Source of the DNA: Candidatus Omnitrophota bacterium
Lineage (GTDB): Bacteria; Omnitrophota; Gorgyraeia; Gygaellales; Profunditerraquicolaceae
Length of the DNA: 64,000 bases
Assembly (NCBI GenBank): GCA_963805065.1
Contig: CAWDSS010000010.1
Span: forward strand, 472,359-536,358
Direction: 5' to 3'
Shown: positions 54,201 through 63,200 of the stretch, one piece after another
How positions within the stretch are numbered: the stretch's first letter is position 1
How the letters are laid out: each line of letters starts with the position of its first letter
Program-made: the position numbers and the translations under genes
Notes under the pieces: generated by a model
The model's input: the letters and a program-made list of their open reading frames with translations, nothing else
What the model was told of the DNA's origin: nothing
Database searches by the model: none

Positions 54201-57200
54201 CCTTAAGCCAGCCGGTTTTGGGAGCCTCGCCCCTTGCCTTCTTTTGGGCTTCCATTTCTTTTGCGGTTTTCATGGCATATTCATAGAATCCCTGTTGTGC
54301 CTGCTGGCCACCCGCGGCAAATTGCATGATAAATGTAAGTGCCAAATCTCTGGCTGGCATGTCCGCCCAGCCGCTTTTCTTATCCAAGGTAGAACGCCTA
54401 ACCCTAATATACAATCCATCGGCTGCTATTGCATCCTCATCAACCTCAGCATCTCCTTCTACCAAAAGCCCTTCCCTAGTTTTTTCCAGCATTTTTGCTA
54501 CAATATATTTACGAGTATCTAATTTATAATTCTTTCTTGTGGTATCTATTTTTGCCAAGCGCAATGCTTTCCAATCTTTTTCATTATCTGTTAAGCCATA
54601 TTCATCAAGGTAGGAATAATATTGTTTTTTTCGTGCTGCTATTATCGCTTTAACGAATACCCGGTAGCCAAGTAAGCGATTGCCAAATAGATAGTAAAGC
54701 ACGCCTAAACCATCCTTGACGTCTTTTATTATTTCCTTCAGCTGCTCAATATTAAAAGTATTTCTATTAGCGAGCAATCTCTTTAAACCTAAACTAACCT
54801 GCGGGAATATAGTTTCTAATCTATTCTTAAACTCTTCCTCATCATTGATATTCAATAGTTCCTCCAGCCTGGCTTTGCTATTCTTATTAACTGGGGAGCC
54901 GGCAGACGGAGGATTAGTATTCGATTGCCTATCTCTAGTAGCAGCGGCCTGAAGATTATTCCTCTTTGACTTCCATAACTTGATAAAGTTAAGAACAACT
55001 TTTATAATGCTTGCCAGCGCTACGATAGAAAACACAATGAAGACAGTGGCTATTAATATCGTATTATTGGCTATAGCAAATTGAGATTGCCCTGCATCAG
55101 TTTTTGTTTCACTCTTGGAATAAATGGAGCGTTGGTTATCTATATCGTTGTTAACTTTTCTCTCAACATTGACTCTTTCTTGTTTGGTTAATAAGCCCAA
55201 GGCTCTGTCTGTGAAATCTAACCAGCTAGTTTTCGTTCTCTTCCAATAATTACTAATTATGCTGTTATCAACCACCCTATCCCTAAATCCCTTGTTAAGA
55301 TAATGCTCTCCTCCTTTTGTTTCAGTGCGGTATTGCGTCTCATGTACTGACATAAGCTTTCCGTTAAAATAAACTCTCCAGGGTGTGCCGCTTGAGAATG
55401 GCACATTAGGATGTTGTTCTAGCCACCGCGAGGCATCTCCTTTTAAACCAGCCCTTGCATTTGATTCATAAACAAATACCCAGCCAAGCCTATTGTCTGT
55501 CGTTACAATCAAGTCCTTATCAGGCACAAGAACAGATAAATTAAAGTCTAATTGGCTTAGCCTTAAATAAAGCCTGTCTGGTAATTCAAACTGGTCATAA
55601 GCAAGCGCGGATTTACGAGGGAAGAAGCCCTCAGTTTCATAACCCCCAAAGAGACGCCTTCCGTCAAATCTTAAGCCTATGGTTCTTAAAGAATCTTCCC
55701 TCGTGTCAACTGTATCATAGACTATGTTGCCATTCTTAAACCTTAAATTAGCAACATATGCTACCCAATCACTATCTTGCCAATCATCTATTGAATTTTT
55801 AAACGGATTGTTTCTTGCCCACCATCCAGGCTGTGCATATTTTGTAACATCGGTGGATTTACGTGGCTCATATTTATATGTATAGTTCTTTTCAGCGATA
55901 CCTAAGTGAGACGGCCCGATATCAATAATAGAAGCGGGGCTTCGTTTGTGAATAAAGAAGGAAATATAGGAAGGTACACCTTCTGATCTGCCTGTTATTT
56001 CATTAATCTCAGGGTATTCTGAGAAAACATAGGACAATCTTCCTTCCCCATCTTTTACTTCGCGAGTCGCATCTACTATAGCTCCAAAAGCAAAGTAAGG
56101 CCTTATTTCAAAATAAGAATGAGGACTATACTCTCCAAGTTCTCCTCTAATTACATCGTTCGTAAATAGCCCGGGATTAATATTCCTTAAATAAGAAGCT
56201 TTATAAACTTGCTCGATGGCGTTTGCAAATACAGAGGTAACACCTCTGATGCCAATACTATATTTACCCCATAAATCATCTCGATAGAAGGTATAACCTT
56301 TTAATTCCGGATTTTGATTAAGATCAAAAAATTCCGTGAGTCTAACCCTGCCGCGCCAATCTGAAGTCCTTTGAATATCTATTTCTTCTTCTTGGGGTAA
56401 GATATAATTAACCCGATGCAGACTAGTGATATCTTTATAATTAATATCCTGTAGTTCAGACTTCTCAACGGGATGGCTATTAAAACCTTGAATGGCCAAG
56501 AGATAAGGATAAGTTGATACAAATGCCTGAACTTCGACATATTTTAAGTATGCGGGGTTGTAAGGGACTTCATTCTCATACTTCAAATCAAGGAAAGCCC
56601 TAAGCATGAAGTTGTCGTTCATAAACTGCTCGACTGCGGATTTGCGTTGCACATAATCCGGCTTGGCAGCGAGCATGTCGATGGTGCCTTCAATTTCCTG
56701 GCGCGTAAAATAATGTTTCTTGGAGAGTGTATATTTTTCTCTTAGATAAGGAATAAGATAGGCCTTGTTATCGGTGTCAACTCTCAGGTAATCCCTGACT
56801 TCAAGCAAGCCTATCTGTTTGACGTAATCCAAAACAAGGGTCTTTTGCGGTGAAATAAACAAGCTGTAGGCAACTTTTTCATTAAGCGCAATATCAAATC
56901 TCACGCTGGCATAGACGCCGGCGAGATCTCTTAACACGATATCCATAAAGCCGTTGCTGATGCTTACTACCGGCATATCCTCTTCAGGCACAAAGCCCTC
57001 AATAATTTCTTTGACTCCCACTCCCTCGGGTGAGAGATATGTCCTCTTAAAGAAGTCTATCCTCTCTGTCTCAACGCCCTGCTGTTTTAAAATAGCGAGG
57101 GCATCTTCGCCTAAGGTAGATTTATCAACTTTTCCGGAATAACCGATGAGCTGTCCATTTTCTTTTAAGTAATCATTCTGGCCGGCCTTATGGCCTCTGT

Positions 57201-60200
57201 AGTATACAATTTCTGTAACCACGCCTTCCCTGTCTTGTTTAAGCTCAAAACCTTCTCTGTTCAGGTCTCTTATGCGTGCAAACAAATCTGCCTGTTTAAA
57301 AGTATTAAGTTCTGCATTTAGCTCGCCAGCCTTCCATTGATAATCCCTGTAATATTGATACAGGGTATTGTAATCACCACTTTCGTCTTTCTTAAATACC
57401 TTAGCTTCCTGTTCAACTCCGCCAATGCCATAACCCGGGATAGACTTCAGCAGATAATCAACCGTGCCATTCTTCTCAATACCCCTATATTCGTCAATGA
57501 CATTGCCCCAGACGTTAGCGGTTTTTTGCACGTAGTAATCAACAAGTCCGGCATTGAAATCCTTATACCATGTTTCATTAATGCTCATGGTTTTTGTCTC
57601 ATAATCATAGAGGGCTGTAAATGGCGCGAGAACTTCCAAAGTATTCTTTTCTCTAATTACTCCACCTATGAGCACGCCGTTTGCCTGATAGAATTCCTCT
57701 GCGTCTTTCAAAATGCCTATCTGTCTTCTGACGCGGCCGATAACATTATAGATTTCAGTAATCTCCTCGCCACCATGCATCCAGTTAAACACTTTTTGTT
57801 TGCGGCCGCTCTCTGAAATAGCTTGTGTAGTAATAATATTTTTCTTTAATGCTTCGCTGTAAATAGCGCTATTGAAAAGGGTGAGCCTGTCGCTATAGCC
57901 CATAAATACTCTGCGAGTATCGAAGATGCCGGGCACAATCTCGATATTATTGAATTCATTAATCCTATTGAGGCTGGACTGCGTATCAACAAGAGTTGTG
58001 CCCTCTTCGCCCCATGCTGTGGTGTAATCTGACTTTTGAGTGTGTTTGGCAAAATTAAACCCATTCTTCTGCTCTTTGGAATCTATAACAACTTCTCCCA
58101 GAGAATTCTTGGTAATCCTGCCGATTTCCCTTAGATCAACGCTAAGCGTGATATTATATCCGAAGGTCTCAAATAGGCCTTGTCCCATGTCAATGTCTTC
58201 TATGGTGCCTGAGAGTTCTTTACCCACGAATGTGCTGATGACCATCTCTCCGGTCTGCTCATCTGCCCTCTTATAGCGGAAGGTGGCTGTTTGATTAATT
58301 TTATCAAGGGTGCCGGCATCAAGGGTATCTCTCCATGTGCTCATTACCCACAAGGATAATTCACTTGCATCAACCCTGCCATTATTATTAGCATCAACAT
58401 ATGTGTCGCGTCCTGCTTCAATGCCTAAGGGAGCAAACCTTGCCAGCACCAGTAATGAAACCTTCCTTCCCTCCCGAGGCTCAATCACATACTCAAACAT
58501 AGTGAACAAGCCTGTCCTTACATCTAAAACAGCTGTCTCACGGTGGGCATTGGACCAGGTAAACTCATAACTAATAGTCTTGTTTTTGGGATTGGCAATT
58601 CCGTTCTTGCTTTCAAGCACCCAAATATCCTCGGCTCCGTCCAGATACATCTTCCAACCAATAACAACCTCTACGCTGTTATAATCTCTCCTAATGTCAT
58701 AGGTCCGCTCATGGCCATTAATCTTACCGTGCATCTTAATATTACTAAGCAAGCCGTTGTAAGCATTCTGGTCGTATTCCTGCCAGTTGCCCAACGCAAA
58801 ATATTCTTTCTTAAATAATTTGGCGTCATGCGCATCAGTAGTAACCGTATGCTTAACCTCTCCGATTTGGCGGCCGAATCTAAATTCTATTGTTATAGTC
58901 ATCTTTTCAATTTCATCTTCGTCATATTCAATCTTCACCTGCCATACCACGCCTTCGCCTAACACATCAGGCGACGTAATTAAGACAAACATCGCCAGGC
59001 CGTTGTCTAAGCTTTTGATAATCTGTTTTGTCTCGCCTGTATTGGGGTTATAATAATCTTCGAGCAGGCTTGCCCTTAACACATTACCGGCTGCATCTCT
59101 GACTTGCTTAGGCCTGCCCAAGTCATCCAAAACGCTGGTTGTCCCATCAATCAGCTGGCCGGATAAGTTGGTCCTCCTGGATGCCTCTTCAATGTCAATA
59201 GAGTTAAACCCGATATCAATAACATTGTAAGGGGTCATGTAACGCACAGGTGCGCCGTTGACAAGGTTAACAAAGATGGACATCTTCATACCGACTTTTG
59301 GCCTTGTCTCTTCAACCTCCAAAACCCTGTAGTGGCCGTAGAAGGTGTCCAAATCCACTAAATTCTTTGGCACGGATACGCGGCTAACCCTGTCTCCGGC
59401 AGTCTGCGTGTCTGAATTCCAGAATAACCTTTCTACCCTAGATGCAATTCTTCTGGCTCTCCAATAAGCATCATCGTAGGAATACTTGTTAACAACACTG
59501 GCATAGATGTGGCCGTTTTCGTATTTAATTTTACCCTTATCTTCATAAACTTCTCTTACCTTGCCCTTACCGTCAAAAACCCAGATAGACGCGGTTTCTT
59601 TAACCGTCTGGGGTATTTCAAAGGTAGTGCCGCCAAATTTATTGAATTCCAAGAAGTTGGATTCAGAAATCTGTAAACCTGTGATGAGGTCAACGTCTCT
59701 TGAGTGCATGGCTGCGCCAAATCCGGCCCTGAATGCATCTGTATAATCAAATGTCTTCTCGCGATGCACCATATGGTTCCTGCGGATTTCTTTATAGAGT
59801 AAATTAAACACGTCTTTTTCCTGTGTAATCTTCAATGCCGTTACCTTGTCGTCAACTTCCAGGATAAACCGTACCCCATATATCGTATCTTTAATGCCGG
59901 TCTTCTCATTGAATGTTGTTTCGCCAAGAGTCTCACCGGTATTCAGGTCATCTTTTACGCTCTTGGCAGCCATGCCGATAAACTCCATAAATGCTGACGT
60001 ATAGGTGTTTTCTGTGCTAACACCGTCTTCTCTATCGGTTTCTCCAAGAATGTCGCCAGCGCCCAAATCAATCAGGCGGTTCACGGTATAAGACTCAATG
60101 CGATCAGGCGTATAATAGGTAACTTGCTGGCTCGTTATCTCCCGTGGGATATCAACCGCTTTGTTTTCAACTCTGCTATAGAGAGCTCTTCTATCCGGCG

Positions 60201-63200
60201 TCTCAATAAATGTATTGATGTATTTGGGGATGAAGAAAGGTTGATGGGTAGCATCGTAATATACCCAATTATTATTTCCATACTCATACTCTTTAACCTG
60301 GCTGTAGCCGATACGGGAATCTAATTTCTCCCTGAGAATTCTGCCGTTATCAGCTGCAAAGGTTTGCTCTGTGCTGTATAAAAGCCTTCCGTCCGGCAGG
60401 AATAAATATTGCCTATGGGTAGTCTCCTGATCAGCCTGATTTATGGGCGTTTCTCTGACGCTTATAGAGCCAATCTTACTGGCAAACGCTATGAGATCGC
60501 TTTCATGCGCGAATTTGCTTCGAAGCTCTCTTAAATTATTGGCTTCGCCGATAAAGCTCACGCTCAAACGGGCAACACCATCTGGTTGCATCTTTGTTGA
60601 TATGCTGTAGCCGTCATAGAAGAAGATGGTTACTACACCGTTTATAATCCTGTATGAGAAGCCGACTTTTTCTGCCAAAGGATTAACTCGTGATTCTCCC
60701 AATTTCTCAAGCCTGGCCTGTATAGTTTCCCAGTTTGCGCGCATCTTATATACCACTTCTAAATATGTAACTGCATCCGGAAATCCTGCTTTGCCTTCAG
60801 CTCTCTGCCGGATAAGCCCAGAGATATCAAGTAAGAAATTTTCTACTCTTGCCAGGTTCTTGCCTTGAGGATGTTTAAGATCAATGCCGAAACGGCCATC
60901 ATAAGTAATGCCTAAGTTATAGAAGAAGTTAACAGCCTCGGCATAATAATAATTTGAGTTAATTTCTCTTAAGAGCTTAATCATGCCATTTAAAACAGCA
61001 ATATATTCTTGCGGCGTCTTCCAGAAATCGGTTGATTTCGAGCCAATCTTATCTGCGACATCAGCAATCTTTTGTCTTAATGTGGGGGAATATCTGGCAT
61101 TGCCGCGATAAGGAATGCCTTGCAAACCATAAACCTCTCTAATCTTGTCAAAGGCTCCTCCTTGTTCCATTGCTATCTGAATCTTGAGATTATTTAATAC
61201 ATCCTGGATAGTCTTGGGTTGGCTTAAGGTATCAATAACTGTACAGCCGGTAAGCACATCCAAACGCTTAACCTGTGTCTTGCCGATGTTGGCCACGGCA
61301 TCAAACACGATCTGCCTTAACACAGCGCTCTTGGTAGAGACGCCGATTTTCTCATCAGTGGTGCCTAAGAATTTCACGCCTGCTAAGTCTGTGTAGAGTA
61401 AACGTACGGCATCCAGGCCGCCCTGCTGATTGAAGCTGGCAGCATTCTTGTAGCTATTGATGATATCCTGTAAGGTCAGGGCTGTATCTAAGGTGGTAGT
61501 GATCACAGCGCCGGTGTCGATGTCTACACCCTTGATGGAGGTCTTGCCGATGTTGGCCACGGCATCAAACACGATCTGCCTTAACACAGCGCTCTTGGTA
61601 GAGACGCCGATTTTCTCATCAGTGGTGCCTAAGAATTTCACGCCTGCTAAGTCTGTGTAGAGTAAACGTACGGCATCCAGGCCGCCCTGCTGATTGAAGC
61701 TGGCAGCATTCTTGTAGCTATTGATGATATCCTGTAAGGTCAGGGCTGTATCTAAGGTGGTAGTGATCACAGCGCCGGTGTCGATGTCTACACCCTTGAT
61801 GGAGGTCTTGCCGATGTTGGCCACGGCATCAAACACGATCTGCCTTAACACAGCGCTCTTGGTAGAGACGCCGATTTTCTCATCAGTGGTGCCTAAGAAT
61901 TTCACGCCTGCTAAGTCTGTGTAGAGTAAACGTACGGCATCCAGGCCGCCCTGCTGATTGAAGCTGGCAGCATTCTTGTAGCTATTGATGATATCCTGTA
62001 AGGTCAGGGCTGTATCTAAGGTGGTAGTGATCACAGCGCCGGTGTCGATGTCTACACCCTTGATGGAGGTCTTGCCGATGTTGGCCACGGCATCAAACAC
62101 GATCTGCCTTAACACAGCGCTCTTGGTAGAGACGCCGATTTTCTCATCAGTGGTGCCTAAGAATTTCACGCCTGCTAAGTCTGTGTAGAGTAAACGTACG
62201 GCATCCAGGCCGCCCTGCTGATTGAAGCTGGCAGCATTCTTGTAGCTATTGATGATATCCTGTAAGGTCAGGGCTGTATCTAAGGTGGTAGTGATCACAG
62301 CGCCGGTGTCGATGTCTACACCCTTGATGGAGGTCTTGCCGATGTTGGCCACGGCATCAAACACGATCTGCCTTAACACAGCGCTCTTGGTAGAGACGCC
62401 GATTTTCTCATCAGTGGTGCCTAAGAATTTCACGCCTGCTAAGTCTGTGTAGAGTAAACGTACGGCATCCAGGCCGCCCTGCTGATTGAAGCTGGCAGCA
62501 TTCTTGTAGCTATTGATGATATCCTGTAAGGTCAGGGCTGTATCTAAGGTGGTAGTGATCACAGCGCCGGTGTCGATGTCTACACCCTTGATGGAGGTCT
62601 TGCCGATGTTGGCCACGGCATCAAACACGATCTGCCTTAACACAGCGCTCTTGGTAGAGACGCCGATTTTCTCATCAGTGGTGCCTAAGAATTTCACGCC
62701 TGCTAAGTCTGTGTAGAGTAAACGTACGGCATCCAGGCCGCCCTGCTGATTGAAGCTGGCAGCATTCTTGTAGCTATTGATGATATCCTGTAAGGTCAGG
62801 GCTGTATCTAAGGTGGTAGTGATCACAGCGCCGGTGTCGATGTCTACACCCTTGATGGAGGTCTTGCCGATGTTGGCCACGGCATCAAACACGATCTGCC
62901 TTAACACAGCGCTCTTGGTAGAGACGCCGATTTTCTCATCAGTGGTGCCTAAGAATTTCACGCCTGCTAAGTCTGTGTAGAGTAAACGTACGGCATCCAG
63001 GCCGCCCTGCTGATTGAAGCTGGCAGCATTCTTGTAGCTATTGATGATATCCTGTAAGGTCAGGGCTGTATCTAAGGTGGTAGTGATCACAGCGCCGGTG
63101 TCGATGTCTACACCCTTGATGGAGGTCTTGCCGATGTTGGCCACGGCATCAAACACGATCTGCCTTAACACAGCGCTCTTGGTAGAGACGCCGATTTTCT

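Larger units (their letters stand above)
247..54903 (-). other. Dispersed inter-module junction motif [S/G/A/T]-S-P-[M/V/I/L/T/A], 52 instances
   Basis: Lowest plus-strand coordinate of the codon following Pro: 247, 283, 940, 970, 2023, 2080, 2902, 3460, 4174 (weak, PSPTV), 4678, 5590, 6577, 7987, 9667, 10426, 11401, 14620, 14713, 16543, 16639, 17362, 17866, 17992, 18208, 18625, 21220, 21847, 22093, 22354, 23062, 23443, 23878, 24541, 26353, 26581, 27928, 30721, 32563, 33175, 34072, 35035, 36049, 36931, 39094, 40024, 40561, 41362, 42430, 43498, 44506, 44749, 54889. All are in the same frame. Typical plus-strand forms are CATCGGGCTGCT (= SSPM) and CACCGGCGAGGC (= ASPV). Confidence 0.85.

Noticed and set aside
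1-54891. NRPS or PKS megasynthase as an explanation for the giant modular ORF
   Set aside because: In my reading I noticed no condensation (HHxxxDG), adenylation, ketosynthase (DTACSS), acyltransferase (GHSxG) or carrier-protein (GxDS) signatures. The modules belong to unrelated enzyme families.
247-54903. Junction motifs as internal translation start sites, since many end in ATG, GTG or ATH
   Set aside because: No Shine-Dalgarno-like sequence precedes them; the upstream codons are AGC AGC CCG or TCG CCG. About a third end in codons that cannot initiate (GTT, GTA, ACN, GCN, CTT, TTA). No stop codon precedes any of them. The position fits a hydrophobic or small residue at the protein level better.
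247-54903. Inteins or 2A-like ribosome-skipping sites at module boundaries
   Set aside because: I saw no intein blocks (N-terminal Cys/Ser with C-terminal His-Asn plus a nucleophile) and no D-x-E-x-N-P-G-P motif. The junction is only about 4-5 residues long.
11256-59750. Short minus-strand ORFs in the track (for example 11256..11486, 14946..15248, 49728..50030)
   Set aside because: They are in the two other minus-strand phases and fully overlap the giant frame. No independent coding evidence was seen.
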